A stretch of 64,000 nt of DNA from Desulfurococcales archaeon (GTDB lineage Archaea > Thermoproteota > Thermoprotei_A > Sulfolobales > Desulfurococcaceae): positions 320,001 to 384,000 of the forward strand of contig JALVYU010000026.1 of assembly GCA_027022365.1 (NCBI GenBank). The letters are read 5' to 3'. Under the pieces are notes generated by a model. It was not told the origin of the DNA. It searched no databases and saw only the letters and a program-made list of their open reading frames with translations. The position numbers were made by a program, and so were the translations under genes. Position 1 is the first letter of the stretch, and each line of letters begins with the position of its first letter. Shown one piece after another: positions 7,089 to 18,498 of the stretch.

Positions 7089-8147
7089 TTATTCTTCCTC
7101 CAGACAGGCGGATACACGCCCGTCTTCATGTAGACCCGTTTGGTCTTCACTACTATTCCTTTCTTCATCCTAGCAATTTCTTCTGCGCTTTTGAGAGCTT
7201 GACCTAGCGCGACAAGTTCTCCTTTGAGCGTGAGGATCGCCACGAGCTTTCCAGGCTGTACATCCTTGGTCAGTCTCACGATGCCTGGGACAGCGAGGTT
7301 GGCGCCATGGGCTATTGCGTCTACAGCCGTATCACGTATCATTATCTTTGGTATATGGACTATCGCTGTTTCCACGGGTAGCACCACTTTACGTAGATAT
7401 CTCTCATCCCCTTCATTCCTCCAGAGATACAATGCCTCGCTTACCTCCTGCATTCTAACAAGTGTCTCGTCTTCCCGGTAGGGCCCTGTTCTCGTTCTGC
7501 GGAGCTCCCTCATATGGGCCCCCACGCCCAGCAATAGGCCTAGATCATGGGCTAGTTTACGCATATATGTGCCAGCCTCACAAAGGACTCTCAACAAGAC
7601 ATATCTCTCATTATGCTCAAGTATTTCGAGCTCATAGATTGTTCTCTTACGTATAGTTCTCTTAACACTCGATCTGAGAGGCGGCTTCTGATATATTGTT
7701 CCTTTGAAATTCTCTAGTGCTTCAACAAGCTCCTTATCTCCGACATCGCCGTGAAGCTGAACCACCATTACATATTCTTTGACGGTATGTATTACATTAC
7801 CTATTACTTTAGTAGCATTAGCTAGGGCCACAGGTAGTACGCCGGTCACCTTGGGGTTTCCCCGCCCCAGCCCCTCAAGGCTAGGGCTCTAGGGTACCCC
7901 CGTGACCAGCGCGTTCTAGCCCGAACATTTTCTTAATCCAAGCTACTACCTCATGACTCGTAGGACCTGGTGGTTTATCGAGATTAATCACTCCATTCCT
8001 TATATGTTCCTCGATTTTCCTCTCGTACGGGAGGATACCGTAATCGGGCGATGTATCATCTTCTCTAAGCACTATCCATTCGTTCTTGAATCCAGCATGT
8101 GTTGTTATCTTGTCTATGAAGATAAGCCCTTTTTCAGCGAGACCCAT
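7085..8147 (-). CDS. cbf5: H/ACA pseudouridine synthase Cbf5, two exons (8147-7889 and 7857-7085), 343 aa spliced
   Basis: DKPPGPTSHEVV...GHGGTL|D|PKVTGVL restored by removing a 31-nt intron; C-terminal PUA domain. Confidence 0.95.
7858..7888 (-). other. 31-nt BHB/BHL pre-mRNA intron within the catalytic Asp codon of cbf5
   Basis: CTA G|AGCCCTAGCCTTGAGGGGCTGGGGCGGGGAA|AC CCC AAG; CCCU/GGGG helix and a 9-bp intron stem; removal restores the frame. Confidence 0.92.
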
Positions 8148-8309
8148 GCTTGTTCACCATCCCTGTAATGGTGACGATATTTACTATTATACTTGATTTT
8201 TCACAGAATTATTACTATTGTCTCAGATAATAACTATGTGATGTATTTGACTGGAAATAACAAAGTATTCTTGTGGCTATACAAGGAGAATTTAAGACAG
8301 GTAATGATT

Positions 8310-8612
8310 TTATACGGGGGAAAGCTTTGGCTTAACAATTTCTTTCATGAAGTCTGTGAGCCCTGTTGCTGCAATGGCCTTTAATACTTCTTCGTCCGAT
8401 GCTCCACGTCTGATATCGATTACCTTGTCTAGGGGCTCGATATGCTTGATGTTGACTCTTCTTCTTTTGACACCTGTTAGGCTCTTAGGCCCTGTTACTA
8501 GGACAAAATTATCATCTATTATATCGACTATTACGCATTTTCTTCCCGCTTCTCTCCCGGCAACCTTTACACATATTCGTCCGATCTCTATTGCAGGCAT
8601 ACATCTCACCAC
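8310..8612 (-). CDS. rpl14e: 50S ribosomal protein L14e (probable start MPAIEIGR)
   Basis: [23 protein letters not shown]. Confidence 0.95.
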   Translation of the reverse strand: MVRCMPAIEIGRICVKVAGREAGRKCVIVDIIDDNFVLVTGPKSLTGVKRRRVNIKHIEPLDKVIDIRRGASDEEVLKAIAATGLTDFMKEIVKPKLSPV

Positions 8613-8632
8613 TTAATCCTAACTAGCATTCC

Positions 8633-9178
8633 CTAATCTTTTCGCTTCCTCTTTAAAATTTTCTCTATAGCTGTCTTTACTATTTCGAATGTATTATCGA
8701 TCTCGAGGTTCTCCGTATTGATAATTATGTCAAATATGCTTAGATCATCGATATCTATGCCATAGTATTTTCTGAACCTTATTTTTTGCAGATATTCACG
8801 CATTACTGTCTCGTGGTATGCTTCCATAAGCGATTTACCATCCCTCAAGGCGATACGCTTAATCCTAGTTGCTAGTGGGGCCGTTATAAGTATCCTCACA
8901 TCAGCTATATCGGCAATTATCCAAGCAGTTAAATGTCCATCGATTACAATATTTCCTTTCAATGCCTCCAGATATGTCCTCCTATCTATCTCTATGTCTA
9001 TCGACGGATCATTAGTAGCAATCCTACTTAGCTCCTCTATACTGATTCCACGTTCCTCAGCCATTTTTCTAAAGATCATACCTGCAGAATAATATCGTAG
9101 ACCAAAATACTCGGCTATCTTCTTTGCCTGAGTGGTCTTGCCGCTACCCGGTGGTCCGCTTACAACGATCACAACCAA
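8633..9178 (-). CDS. cmk: cytidylate kinase
   Basis: SGPPGSGKTT P-loop; conserved position between L34e and L14e. Confidence 0.9.
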   Translation of the reverse strand: MVVIVVSGPPGSGKTTQAKKIAEYFGLRYYSAGMIFRKMAEERGISIEELSRIATNDPSIDIEIDRRTYLEALKGNIVIDGHLTAWIIADIADVRILITAPLATRIKRIALRDGKSLMEAYHETVMREYLQKIRFRKYYGIDIDDLSIFDIIINTENLEIDNTFEIVKTAIEKILKRKRKD

Positions 9179-9319
9179 TTGTCGACACCCTAGTATGGCA
9201 GCAACTAGGTTTCTATGATCAATAGGTCAAATAATAAATACTCGTTGGAGACGAGAAAAAGCACTTACCAAGAACAATATCTAAAGGAGCATATTCACTA
9301 CATGAATGATGTAATGTTA

Positions 9320-9595
9320 TCAGTGAATAGTAGCACGTACTGATTCGCGCAGGAGCCTTGAAAGACACTTAGGACATATGTAGCCTCCGTAAGGCCTTTC
9401 CGGCCTCTTCTCGGTCTTAGCTAGTTTCTTCAATACACTGGGGATCTCTCTTGGAACACCATTTAATGGCTTACCACAGATAGCACATCTGGCGGGCCTG
9501 GGCTTTCTTGGTTCATAGTGAATTTTTACTCTTCCACCCGGTGTTCTCACTATTACTTTCTTCCTACTCCTTGTCCTGTGGGCTGGTCTGGGCAT
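9320..9595 (-). CDS. rpl34e: 50S ribosomal protein L34e
   Basis: VRTPGG...CAICG...RPERPYGG..CPKC. Confidence 0.95.
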   Translation of the reverse strand: MPRPAHRTRSRKKVIVRTPGGRVKIHYEPRKPRPARCAICGKPLNGVPREIPSVLKKLAKTEKRPERPYGGYICPKCLSRLLRESVRATIH

Positions 9596-9660
9596 TATCG
9601 TTACACCCGTTCCAACTCTATATCAGAGTGTCTATATCCAAGTATTGGTAACTCTTAAAC

Positions 9661-10104
9661 TTAACGCGTCGTAGGATACACCGCCCTCATAATCAAATAA
9701 CTTGGAGCAAGATAACCGATCAGCGTGAGGAATAATACGTTAGTAACAAAATGATTTTCGGACAGCATGGATAAGAAGGGAAGGTATATAGGTATTTCCA
9801 CTATTTGTTCATGCGGAGGAATATAGATATTGAGTATATAAATACTGGCTGTGTAGGTGAACATGAATACGAGTATGTGGAGCATGAACATTAGGAAAAT
9901 CCTTTTCTTAGCCCTATCTATTAACGGTTTGTATTTCCTTATTTTTCGGAAGTCGGATTTTGTTCTCGGCTTTTCGGGCAGTTTTATCTCAGATAATATG
10001 TGTACAGCCCAGGAAAAGTAGCTGGTTCTGCTTATCAACTTCATTGTTAATGCGGCAAGAAGAGAAAAACCTACACCTGTCAGGAGGGCTATTGTTATTA
10101 ACAA
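9661..10104 (-). CDS. membrane protein, probably a divergent DUF106/EMC3-TMCO1 family member
   Basis: TM-basic loop-TM-TM layout; syntenic position after secY. Confidence 0.55.
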   Translation of the reverse strand: MLITIALLTGVGFSLLAALTMKLISRTSYFSWAVHILSEIKLPEKPRTKSDFRKIRKYKPLIDRAKKRIFLMFMLHILVFMFTYTASIYILNIYIPPHEQIVEIPIYLPFLSMLSENHFVTNVLFLTLIGYLAPSYLIMRAVYPTTR

Positions 10105-10110
10105 TTGTTA

Positions 10111-11553
10111 TTACTCACCTATTAGCCTCTTAAGTAGCGGGTACGCCTCTAGTGTTCTTTCATAAGCTATCATGGTGTAGTACTGCTGCACAATACCTAC
10201 GGCCAGTAATAGCCCTGTCCCAGTACCATAGGCGCCGAGCAATGAGCCAAGAGCAGCTATTCCCGCTACTATTAGGCTGCTAAGCACAGTCAACGGGAAT
10301 ATATAGCGGCTAAGTATTCTCTCCAGTATCTTCGGGTTACGCCTTATTCCTGGGATCTCCATGCCGCTCTTTATCAATTGCTCTGCCTGCGCCGAGGCGC
10401 TCAGTCCCGATATTTCCACCCACATTATTCCGAAGAGAGTTGCCAATCCCATCAGGGTTACCGTGTATACCATGGCTCTGATAGGATCTGATAGTGTCGC
10501 ATATAAGCTTCCGGGTGGTGATAGATAATATGCTAGTCCTCCTACTAGCCTGCCATTTTCGTACTTAGCAAGAAAGTCTGCTACTTCTGACGGTACTACT
10601 CCCTGCAGATACATTCTGGAGAGACTGGCAAACACAAGTACGTCCGAATAGAGTATGCCGACCAACAGTACGGGTATGTTAGTGACATAGAGAAACTTTA
10701 ATGGTACCTTAGATTTTACCGTACGTAGTCTCGGCGACGTCACTGGTATTTCCACTTTTATGCCCTGAAGATACACCAGCACCAGTATTATGAATACGGT
10801 CACTACAAGACCTACAAGATCTCTACCGCCCTGCCTAACAATTATCTGACTAATACTGCCTCCAGACATCAGGACTTGCACAGCATAGGGGATAAAGCCA
10901 ACTATTTGCCCACTAACAACGATTGGGCTGAGAAGATTCCAAAACACGTACTGCGCAACGCCCGCTAGAATAAAGAGCGAGACACCCGAGCCCAGCCCCC
11001 ACCCCTTCTGTATCATTTCATCCAATAGTATAACTATATATGTCGCGAAGAATAGCTGTAGACCAACAATAACTCTCTGCAACGCGGTCGCACTACAGTC
11101 GGCGATCGGATTGGGGCCCGAAAGAGCCCAGTACCTACAAGCTGACACATACATGGCTGCTTCAAAAGCAGCGAGTATCAGCGCGAACGACTTCTGTGCT
11201 GCCGTGAACTTCCTTCTATCTTCTGGATTGGACATGTCGAGGTTAATGAGCTTCGCTCCAACAAGGATCTGCATGATCAGTCCAGCAGTAACTATAGGAC
11301 CGATACCTAGCTCCATCAACGTTCCTCTACGTGACGCGAATATTATCGATACCAAGAGCAATTGCTGAACATTAGAAGCACCCGTGATCTGTATTCCATA
11401 TAAAGGAGTATTTGCCATTATAACGTAAACAACCAGGGCTATGGCAGTCCATAACAGCCTCTCATATAGGCCGGGTTTAGCCCTAGGCTTTTCAACTGTA
11501 GGTATATAGTACGCCATCTTCGCAAGCGCATCCAATACGCCCATCGAAACCAC
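10111..11553 (-). CDS. secY: preprotein translocase SecY
   Basis: GTLMELGIGPIVTAGLIMQIL, KGWGLGSGVSLFI, GTGTGLLLAV. Confidence 0.97.
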   Translation of the reverse strand: MVSMGVLDALAKMAYYIPTVEKPRAKPGLYERLLWTAIALVVYVIMANTPLYGIQITGASNVQQLLLVSIIFASRRGTLMELGIGPIVTAGLIMQILVGAKLINLDMSNPEDRRKFTAAQKSFALILAAFEAAMYVSACRYWALSGPNPIADCSATALQRVIVGLQLFFATYIVILLDEMIQKGWGLGSGVSLFILAGVAQYVFWNLLSPIVVSGQIVGFIPYAVQVLMSGGSISQIIVRQGGRDLVGLVVTVFIILVLVYLQGIKVEIPVTSPRLRTVKSKVPLKFLYVTNIPVLLVGILYSDVLVFASLSRMYLQGVVPSEVADFLAKYENGRLVGGLAYYLSPPGSLYATLSDPIRAMVYTVTLMGLATLFGIMWVEISGLSASAQAEQLIKSGMEIPGIRRNPKILERILSRYIFPLTVLSSLIVAGIAALGSLLGAYGTGTGLLLAVGIVQQYYTMIAYERTLEAYPLLKRLIGE

Positions 11554-11668
11554 GCTCGTGTTTCCGGATCATAGGGACATTATTTCTCTTGACCCTAAAA
11601 ATACATGGTAACCGGGATAAATACATTCCTAAATGTATTGAAAAGAATGCTTGGTAAATAAAACCAAG

Positions 11669-12130
11669 TTATTGTTCCTTGATGACAACTACTTCGCCGC
11701 CTGCTTCCTCTATTTTCTTCTTGGCCTTCTCGGTTATCGATCTAGTGATTATCTTTAACGGTAACGTAACTTTGCCTGATCCAAGGACCTTATTATATCC
11801 CATACTCGCAACATCTATCACTATCTTGTTATCTTCCCTGTATGCGAGGTTCTTTGACAATAGAAACTTGGCTAGCTCATCAAGTTCTCCCACATTAATA
11901 GCAACTATTTCCGGGACTAGTTCCGGTGGTCTTGTGAAGCCGTGTTTACCGTACCAGTTCCTCGCGTACTTTAGCACCCACATCCATTTATGCTTATGCA
12001 TCCCAACAGCGCCGAAGCCTCCTCTAGATCCACTTTTCCGGTGCTGGCCTATTCTTCCCCATCCCATTGTACGGGTTCTCCCCCGGAGCTTGCGGCTCTT
12101 CTTCCTTTTCCTAACAACCATGAATACCAC
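11669..12130 (-). CDS. rpl15: 50S ribosomal protein L15 (uL15)
   Basis: [25 protein letters not shown]. Confidence 0.95.
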   Translation of the reverse strand: MVFMVVRKRKKSRKLRGRTRTMGWGRIGQHRKSGSRGGFGAVGMHKHKWMWVLKYARNWYGKHGFTRPPELVPEIVAINVGELDELAKFLLSKNLAYREDNKIVIDVASMGYNKVLGSGKVTLPLKIITRSITEKAKKKIEEAGGEVVVIKEQ

Positions 12131-12134
12131 CTCC

Positions 12135-12623
12135 TTAGAGCATTCTCTTTATGAGCTCATTTATTGCTTCGCCACGGTACCCTAGCTCGCCGCCATCATT
12201 GTAGTGGCGCTTAGTGCTTTTCTTAAATCCTCCTCTTGGTGGGTGAAGCCTAAACACTGGCTTGATGCCATCTAGCTTGTGTAGTTTGACTTTCCCGTCG
12301 AGTAGAGCCTTAGCTAGGCCGGATATTCCGCCATAGATGCCTAAGTTCTTGAGCCTTGTTTCTACATACTCGTCGGTCAATGGCTTATTACCTATTGTTC
12401 GTCCACGTTTTCTGAGCAGTTCTACTAATGTGTCGTAGTTTATTTCTCCCCATGTAACCCAATCCTTAACCTTCTGCAACATTCCCTCTAGTCCAGGTTG
12501 GTCGGCCGGATATATCACCATATGGAATTTCTTATGGAGCCTTAGTAGTTTCAAAGTATACTTAACATCGGGTGGAACGTCGACTCTACCTCTAATCCTT
12601 ATGATCGCGTAGAGTTTCACCAT
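12135..12623 (-). CDS. rpl30: 50S ribosomal protein L30 (uL30)
   Basis: AIIRIRG...KDWVTWGE...[10 protein letters not shown]. Confidence 0.95.
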   Translation of the reverse strand: MVKLYAIIRIRGRVDVPPDVKYTLKLLRLHKKFHMVIYPADQPGLEGMLQKVKDWVTWGEINYDTLVELLRKRGRTIGNKPLTDEYVETRLKNLGIYGGISGLAKALLDGKVKLHKLDGIKPVFRLHPPRGGFKKSTKRHYNDGGELGYRGEAINELIKRML

Positions 12624-12638
12624 TTCTCAACACCTTCA

Positions 12639-13289
12639 TTAAGCCTTCAACCAGTCAACGGGTGTTACGAACTTGTAGGTGTTACGTAGCGCCTCAACAA
12701 CTGCTTTAGCGAAGTTAAGCGTTGTTCTGGTTTCCCCGAGTGTTTCTGTCCACACATCTTTTATGCCAGCCATTCTGAGCACTGCTTTCGCAACATCTCC
12801 AGCGACTAGTCCTGTTCCTTTCGGCGCTGGTTTCAGTGTTACGACTACACTTCCACTTTTACCTCTTACCACGAAGGGTACACTGTGTGGTTCTCCACAA
12901 CGACACTCCCAGCTCCCACATCCTCTTCTCACAGGCGTTATGTTGAGCTTTGCGTTCCTCAACGCTTTTCTAAGCGCTACTAGGTATTGTCTGGCTTTTC
13001 CGGCACCTACGCCCACGAATCCGTCACCGTTTCCAATAACGACTACGACTCTGAACCTGCTTACTCTGCCTGCGTCGGTTACTTTCTGCACGATGCCTAC
13101 ATCGATTCTCTCGTATTTAAGATCGGGAAGCAGATAATCCACTATTTCGGGTTCGAGCAGTGGTAGGTTGTTGTCGAAGATATCCTTGAGACTGGTGATC
13201 TTACCTTCAACGACCATTTTACCTACTCTTGTCCTTGGTACCCAGGACTCGAGGGCTTCTCTATCTACTGCATTCATGGGCATGTTCAA
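12639..13289 (-). CDS. rps5: 30S ribosomal protein S5
   Basis: WVPRTRVG...[15 protein letters not shown]. Confidence 0.96.
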   Translation of the reverse strand: MNMPMNAVDREALESWVPRTRVGKMVVEGKITSLKDIFDNNLPLLEPEIVDYLLPDLKYERIDVGIVQKVTDAGRVSRFRVVVVIGNGDGFVGVGAGKARQYLVALRKALRNAKLNITPVRRGCGSWECRCGEPHSVPFVVRGKSGSVVVTLKPAPKGTGLVAGDVAKAVLRMAGIKDVWTETLGETRTTLNFAKAVVEALRNTYKFVTPVDWLKA

Positions 13290-13897
13290 ACACCTCCTAG
13301 GCTAACACCATACTCGTTGAGAATCCTGGCCTTTACCTCATCAAAATGCGCGGGGAGCTGTAAGGGGTCAAACCCTCTCACAATATATTGGGAGAAGAAC
13401 CTGTTGTAAGCCTCAGGATCTGCCTCCTGGAGCTTCTTGGCCCAGGAGGCTATGTGCTCCCCGCGGATACGCTCTTCGGAGGGAGCAATGCCATCGCCCA
13501 TTGGGACTTCTAGACCTACGTCATTTGCCGCCTTAATGGCCGCGAACACCTTAGCCCCTCTAGTGGGGGCGTGTAGCCCGATATCGGGGACAGCATACTT
13601 TATTCCGGCTTTAAGTGCTCTTAGAGCCGCCAGCATCCCGGTTAAATACGCGGCCGGGGTATTTCCAAGTCCTCCTAGCCATCCATACTTTTTGGCAAGT
13701 TCGCGTGAGTGGGCTGTAGCGATTGTTACGTCTCCCTCAGGCTTTGCGATCACGACTTGAACTATTATGTGTTTGAGGGTTTTTCTGACTACGAAGCGTG
13801 GATGACCTGATAGTATCATTCTGTAGCGTTTATAGTAGTTGGTTTTACCTTCTCTTCTCCTTCTTCTGGGTACTTTGTATCGTGGGCCTCTAGCCAT
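13286..13897 (-). CDS. rpl18: 50S ribosomal protein L18 (uL18)
   Basis: [13 protein letters not shown]...NTPAAYLTG. Confidence 0.96.
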   Translation of the reverse strand: MARGPRYKVPRRRRREGKTNYYKRYRMILSGHPRFVVRKTLKHIIVQVVIAKPEGDVTIATAHSRELAKKYGWLGGLGNTPAAYLTGMLAALRALKAGIKYAVPDIGLHAPTRGAKVFAAIKAANDVGLEVPMGDGIAPSEERIRGEHIASWAKKLQEADPEAYNRFFSQYIVRGFDPLQLPAHFDEVKARILNEYGVSLGGV

Positions 13898-13904
13898 GAC
13901 TGGT

Positions 13905-14363
13905 TCACCTTACTTCTTTGAGAATACCTTTTTCTTTCATATAATGTTTGAGCGAAGCAAGGCTATGGAATGTTCCGCCTTTGGCTAGCATGTATAGTCT
14001 GCGATAAGTTCTACGATCAATAATACCATGGTCTCTTAGATATCTTAGATACCTCCTGATCTTTCTGATCTTGTGCATCCAAACCTCTTTCTTGTCCAGC
14101 CGTGCTGTTTTTACTCCCTTCCTCTTACCATAGCCTCTTCTACGCCCCTTCTTTCTCTGCTCGTGTCTCTTCCTCCATCTACCTCTGCTATTCTTATGTA
14201 CAGGCCTTACCTGAATAACACGGTCTTTGATCAGCTTTCTTATCTCCTGCCTCGTGATAACGTCGGCTACTTCATCGATGTAGTTTGGATCGATCCATAT
14301 CCTGGATTCTCCGACCCCCAATACTTCCGCTGCTAATCTCTTCTGTAGACTCAGATCTGTCAC
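13905..14363 (-). CDS. rpl19e: 50S ribosomal protein L19e
   Basis: [23 protein letters not shown]. Confidence 0.96.
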   Translation of the reverse strand: MTDLSLQKRLAAEVLGVGESRIWIDPNYIDEVADVITRQEIRKLIKDRVIQVRPVHKNSRGRWRKRHEQRKKGRRRGYGKRKGVKTARLDKKEVWMHKIRKIRRYLRYLRDHGIIDRRTYRRLYMLAKGGTFHSLASLKHYMKEKGILKEVR

Positions 14364-14782
14364 TGCTCCTCAACCTCCGACCTGCTGGTCGTTAGGGGTA
14401 TGGGATTAGCGACTTTAAATCCCTTATTGACAGCATATCTCATTATCTCGATCTTTTTCTTCAAACCAACAGTCCTACCAATATAGACTATATACTTATC
14501 CGGATCAAGTTGCTCGAGTTCTTTAACATTGTGTATTACTACAGGTATTTTTCCCGATGGATGCAGCCCTCTGACCAGCCTTGGCGACCTGTAGCCTACC
14601 TGTACTAGAGGCGGGTACCCCTTCTTTTTCAACCTCATCTTGTTATCAGTACCTTTAGGCTTACGCCATTTAGGCTCATTCTTGAATTTTGGTTTCTTCC
14701 ACCATAAATGCCTGTAGAAGTCGGGTTTCTTTGATTTGAGCTTCTTCCTTAACTCTAATAGTTTCTCTACATCATTGGTCAT
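14360..14782 (-). CDS. rpl32e: 50S ribosomal protein L32e
   Basis: WRKPKGTDNKMR...GYRSPRLVRGLHPSG. Confidence 0.96.
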   Translation of the reverse strand: MTNDVEKLLELRKKLKSKKPDFYRHLWWKKPKFKNEPKWRKPKGTDNKMRLKKKGYPPLVQVGYRSPRLVRGLHPSGKIPVVIHNVKELEQLDPDKYIVYIGRTVGLKKKIEIMRYAVNKGFKVANPIPLTTSRSEVEEQ

Positions 14783-15345
14783 TCTTCGTCACCCCAATCA
14801 TAAATGTATATCCCATCAGCGAAAACACGCCTGTCCTTATCCTTAACTTTAGTTGCGAGCTCGATATTAGCTGCAGTCTGGCCAACATGTTCGATATCAA
14901 TACCCTCAACGATCACATCTTCTCCTTTTACGGTAACCTTGACATCATCTCCTACTATCTTTGCTATTCTATCGGATCTCTCGCCCAGAAAGTTCTTTAT
15001 TCTAACTATTCTGTTGGAATTATCAACTTCAACAGTTATTGGGAAGTGCGAATATATTATTTTAAGCTTGTACTTATATCCTCGAGTAACACCTTTAATC
15101 AAGTTCTCGATATGAGAAGCTATTGTTCCTACTAATGCCTTCTTTTTCCTATTTGCAAAGAACGTCTCAACAATAACCTTGCTATCCTTTTTAGATATTT
15201 TCACTCCTTTTGCATGTGAGAAGTCTCTTTCAAGCCTACCCTTGGGCCCTTCTACAACTACTCGTAATCCGTCTATTGTGATATTTACATTTTCTGGAAT
15301 CTCCACTTCCTCGACTACATGGACTTCCTTAACCATACTGGTCAC
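14779..15345 (-). CDS. rpl6: 50S ribosomal protein L6
   Basis: GPKG...YSHFPI...NFLGER...DRRVFADGIY. Confidence 0.96.
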   Translation of the reverse strand: MTSMVKEVHVVEEVEIPENVNITIDGLRVVVEGPKGRLERDFSHAKGVKISKKDSKVIVETFFANRKKKALVGTIASHIENLIKGVTRGYKYKLKIIYSHFPITVEVDNSNRIVRIKNFLGERSDRIAKIVGDDVKVTVKGEDVIVEGIDIEHVGQTAANIELATKVKDKDRRVFADGIYIYDWGDEE

Positions 15346-15350
15346 CTCCC

Positions 15351-15761
15351 CTAGTAGACGAAGGCTAGCAGTACACCACCTGTTTTTTTCTCAATAGCTT
15401 CTTTATGGGACATTACACCATAGGGTGTTGATAATATGAGAAGGCCAATGTTATATGCTGGCAGGTATTCGCGGAGCCAGTGGGGCATCTTCTCTAGATC
15501 CCTGTATTTAACAGGGAACCTCGGCTTGATCACACCGACCTTGTTGATTCTCCCTAGTAGCTGTACCTTTATCTTGCCCCATCTACCATCATCAATGTAC
15601 TCGAATTCGCCGATGTATCCTCCTCTCTGCATAACCTTCAATACATTAATTATTAGTTTTGATGCAGGCCAGATCAGTACTTCGGACTTAGCCCTCATTT
15701 CGGCGTTCTGGATAGCAGCTAAAGCATTAGCGAGCGTGTCGAGCATGACCATTGTTCTCAC
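15351..15761 (-). CDS. rps8: 30S ribosomal protein S8
   Basis: DTLANAL...[14 protein letters not shown]...STPYGVMSH. Confidence 0.96.
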   Translation of the reverse strand: MRTMVMLDTLANALAAIQNAEMRAKSEVLIWPASKLIINVLKVMQRGGYIGEFEYIDDGRWGKIKVQLLGRINKVGVIKPRFPVKYRDLEKMPHWLREYLPAYNIGLLILSTPYGVMSHKEAIEKKTGGVLLAFVY

Positions 15762-15763
15762 CC

Positions 15764-15928
15764 TCAGCTATACTTCTTAAATCCTAGAGCAGGAGCTATT
15801 TCGCGGAAACACTGTCTGCAGAGATATAAGCCGTAGGCCTGTATTACGGCATCTCGGGTACCGCATCTCTGGCACTTCCTTGATCCCTTTCCATACTTGT
15901 GGATTTTCGGCGCTCTATACTTGCCCAT
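15764..15928 (-). CDS. rps14: 30S ribosomal protein S14 (Zn-binding, 54 aa; not in the ORF track)
   Basis: Manual translation: [54 protein letters not shown]. Confidence 0.96.
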   Translation of the reverse strand: MGKYRAPKIHKYGKGSRKCQRCGTRDAVIQAYGLYLCRQCFREIAPALGFKKYS

Positions 15929-15947
15929 CCTAATCACCTAATCAGGC

Positions 15948-16517
15948 TTAAATTATTTCAACACCAAACTCCTTATTAAGATAAAGCATTGCTTCTTCAC
16001 GAGATACACGGTGCCTTCTAGGTATGTGTTTCTTCCTACATCTCTTTCTTCTAAGGATCCGGTAGCCGGGTCTCTCGAGAGTTATGGCTACGTCCATACC
16101 GAAGACTCCTATCTCAGGATCATATTTCACGCCAGGAATGGTTATGTGCTCCGTTATCCCGAAGCTTACATTACCGTGGTCATCGAAGCTGGAAGCCTTG
16201 ATCTTGTATCCTATGGCTTCGAATGCTTTTCGGAGGAATGCCACTGCTTTCTCGCCCCTAAGGGTGACTTTGGCAGCTATGTTTTCTCCCTTACGTATGC
16301 CGAAATCCTTGATTGTCCTCCTTGCCTTGCGAGGCACTGGTTTCTGTCCTGTAATTTCCTCTAGAACCTTCATCGCCTTTCCTAGTCTCTCTGTAGCTGC
16401 TCCTACGGATATGTTTACGGTAACCTTGGCTATTCTGGGCCTTATCATAGGATTACTGTTCCATCTCTCTAGGATCTCGTCTATGTTTGGCACGTAGTCT
16501 GTTATCGCCATTACCAT
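15948..16517 (-). CDS. rpl5: 50S ribosomal protein L5
   Basis: NPMIRPRIAKVTVNISVG...YDPEIGVFGMD. Confidence 0.96.
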   Translation of the reverse strand: MVMAITDYVPNIDEILERWNSNPMIRPRIAKVTVNISVGAATERLGKAMKVLEEITGQKPVPRKARRTIKDFGIRKGENIAAKVTLRGEKAVAFLRKAFEAIGYKIKASSFDDHGNVSFGITEHITIPGVKYDPEIGVFGMDVAITLERPGYRILRRKRCRKKHIPRRHRVSREEAMLYLNKEFGVEII

Positions 16518-17269
16518 ACACCCTCAGGTAGGCTGATCAATGGTTCTTCTTTACCAATTGGGAATATGTATGACAGACTTGTCTGGAATTTGTTTCCATG
16601 CTTGTCTTCAAGCGTAACGATGCTTCTATGTCTCCTGACACCTTTTCTTATCTCAACGACTCTACCCACTCTTCCAACGTTTCTACCACCGCTAATGATC
16701 GCTATTACTCCTTCCTCAAGAGGAATGTATCCCATTATCTCCTGCTTGGGTATTCCTAGCTTGAGCGCGCCTAGGGTAGAATAGATGTCTTCGACGGGAT
16801 TAGTGGGATCACTTACTCTGATCAGAACGTTCCTGCCATCATGTAGGTTTAACTGTATATGTCCGCCCTTAACCGTGGTCTTATTCTCTATTCTGCATAG
16901 TTTAAACGTTGCCTCTTCCTTCTCTATCTTGTGTAGACCCAGGACTTTGACCGGTACTGGTATGACCCTGTAGTATTCCTGTGTGTCAACTATCTCGATG
17001 ACATCCATTATACCTACTGGGAACTTGTAGTTCTTCCTAATCTTACCATCAACCCTGAAGTGTCCTTCAGCAATCAGTTTCCTAGCTTCACGCGCTGTTT
17101 TGGCGTATTTGAATATGTCTCTGACAATTATAAGTAATGGTAGTGAGAAATCTATTGGGTGCGGTCCTGGTGAAGGCTTTACGGCCCACTTATACTCCTT
17201 CCTTAATATGGGCCAAAATCTAGGTGCTGCTAAAGCCTTTAAATGTCTTTTTCCACCCATTCTAGCCAT
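16511..17269 (-). CDS. rps4e: 30S ribosomal protein S4e
   Basis: HLKALAAPRFW...PSPGPH...QLNLHDGRN. Confidence 0.96.
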   Translation of the reverse strand: MARMGGKRHLKALAAPRFWPILRKEYKWAVKPSPGPHPIDFSLPLLIIVRDIFKYAKTAREARKLIAEGHFRVDGKIRKNYKFPVGIMDVIEIVDTQEYYRVIPVPVKVLGLHKIEKEEATFKLCRIENKTTVKGGHIQLNLHDGRNVLIRVSDPTNPVEDIYSTLGALKLGIPKQEIMGYIPLEEGVIAIISGGRNVGRVGRVVEIRKGVRRHRSIVTLEDKHGNKFQTSLSYIFPIGKEEPLISLPEGVW

Positions 17270-17703
17270 TACTTCTCACCTTCTTTTTCTTTTGATTGTT
17301 CGGCTGATGTTTCTTCAACTTCTACTTGCTCTTTTAAAGACTTCTTTCGCTCGATTATCTCTTTTCTCCATTTATCACTTAGATCGAGTTTAATGATCAT
17401 TACTTTACTGGGATGTATTGGGTAGTAAACTGGTGTTTGATCAGCCTTTTTCATTTGAACCCCTTCAACATATATTCTGATCTTCCTCAGATCAACTCGG
17501 ACTACTTTGCCTTCATGGCCTTTCCAGTTACCACGCATTATCCTTACCACATCGCCCTTCCTTACCGGGAGCCTCCTTATACCATATTTTTCTCTTAGCT
17601 CGTGGCTAAGAGGTGCAGTCATTAGTTTGCGACGAATATGAAGCGGTGCATTGTAAAGTGCTTTCCTCTGCTTACTCGGTTTTGCGGAAGATGTGAGCAC
17701 CAT
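17269..17703 (-). CDS. rpl24: 50S ribosomal protein L24 (uL24)
   Basis: [15 protein letters not shown]...[11 protein letters not shown]...IHPSKV. Confidence 0.96.
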   Translation of the reverse strand: MVLTSSAKPSKQRKALYNAPLHIRRKLMTAPLSHELREKYGIRRLPVRKGDVVRIMRGNWKGHEGKVVRVDLRKIRIYVEGVQMKKADQTPVYYPIHPSKVMIIKLDLSDKWRKEIIERKKSLKEQVEVEETSAEQSKEKEGEK

Positions 17704-17715
17704 ATTTTTTCACCT

Positions 17716-18138
17716 CTAGATGATCATAGTCGCAATATTTGCTATCTGAGGCCACCTCTCCGCCGCCTCTCGCGCAATGGGGCCTCTTATCTCGCTGCCC
17801 TTAGGAGAGCCTTCAGGCGTCACTATGACTACAGCATTATCCTCGAAGGCTACCCATGTACCGTCAGGTCTTCTGAAGGGTCTTCTCTGGCGCACAATTA
17901 TAGCCTTAACTACCTGCTTACGCATCTCGGGCACGCCCTTCTTAACAGTGACAACAACTAGGTCTCCAACTCCCGCTGGTGGGATTCTCCTGAGCCTGCC
18001 CTTATAGCCCGGTACCCCGATGATCTTTACCTCTTTGGCTCCACTGTTGTCCGCCACCTTAACGTAGGAGCCTACCTGTAGCCCAGTATTGATCCTTCTA
18101 CGCGACTTGACCGGCCTGCCTTTTCTTCCCTTCGGCAT
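17716..18138 (-). CDS. rpl14: 50S ribosomal protein L14 (uL14)
   Basis: [10 protein letters not shown]...FEDNAVV...GPIAREAA. Confidence 0.96.
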   Translation of the reverse strand: MPKGRKGRPVKSRRRINTGLQVGSYVKVADNSGAKEVKIIGVPGYKGRLRRIPPAGVGDLVVVTVKKGVPEMRKQVVKAIIVRQRRPFRRPDGTWVAFEDNAVVIVTPEGSPKGSEIRGPIAREAAERWPQIANIATMII

Positions 18139-18485
18139 TACTTACCACCTGCCCTCTTAACTACTCCTAGAACAACGAAGGAAACAGTTTTGGCTAGAGG
18201 TCTTGTCTCTCCAACGATAACTTCGTCTCCCTCCTTCGCGTTGATGCAGGGAGGATTGTGTGCATGTATCAGTGTGTGTCTTTTCTCGTATCGCTTGTAT
18301 TTCTTAACATAATGATAGTAATCGTGTCTTACCACAACTGTTTTCTGCATCTTGGCGCTAACAACTACTCCCCTGAATATCATGCCACGAACCTTAATAT
18401 GTCCATGCCATGGGCATTTCGGGTCATCGCATTCATTCTCGGGAGGCTCTATGCCTGGTATACCGATATTTCTTGCCTTAGTCAC
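18138..18485 (-). CDS. rps17: 30S ribosomal protein S17 (uS17)
   Basis: [10 protein letters not shown]...AHNPPC...ETRPLAKT. Confidence 0.96.
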   Translation of the reverse strand: MTKARNIGIPGIEPPENECDDPKCPWHGHIKVRGMIFRGVVVSAKMQKTVVVRHDYYHYVKKYKRYEKRHTLIHAHNPPCINAKEGDEVIVGETRPLAKTVSFVVLGVVKRAGGK

Positions 18486-18498
18486 TCTTCTTCCCCAC

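Noticed and set aside
7085-8147. cbf5 as a frameshifted pseudogene or two genes
   Set aside because: Fully explained by the 31-nt BHB intron.
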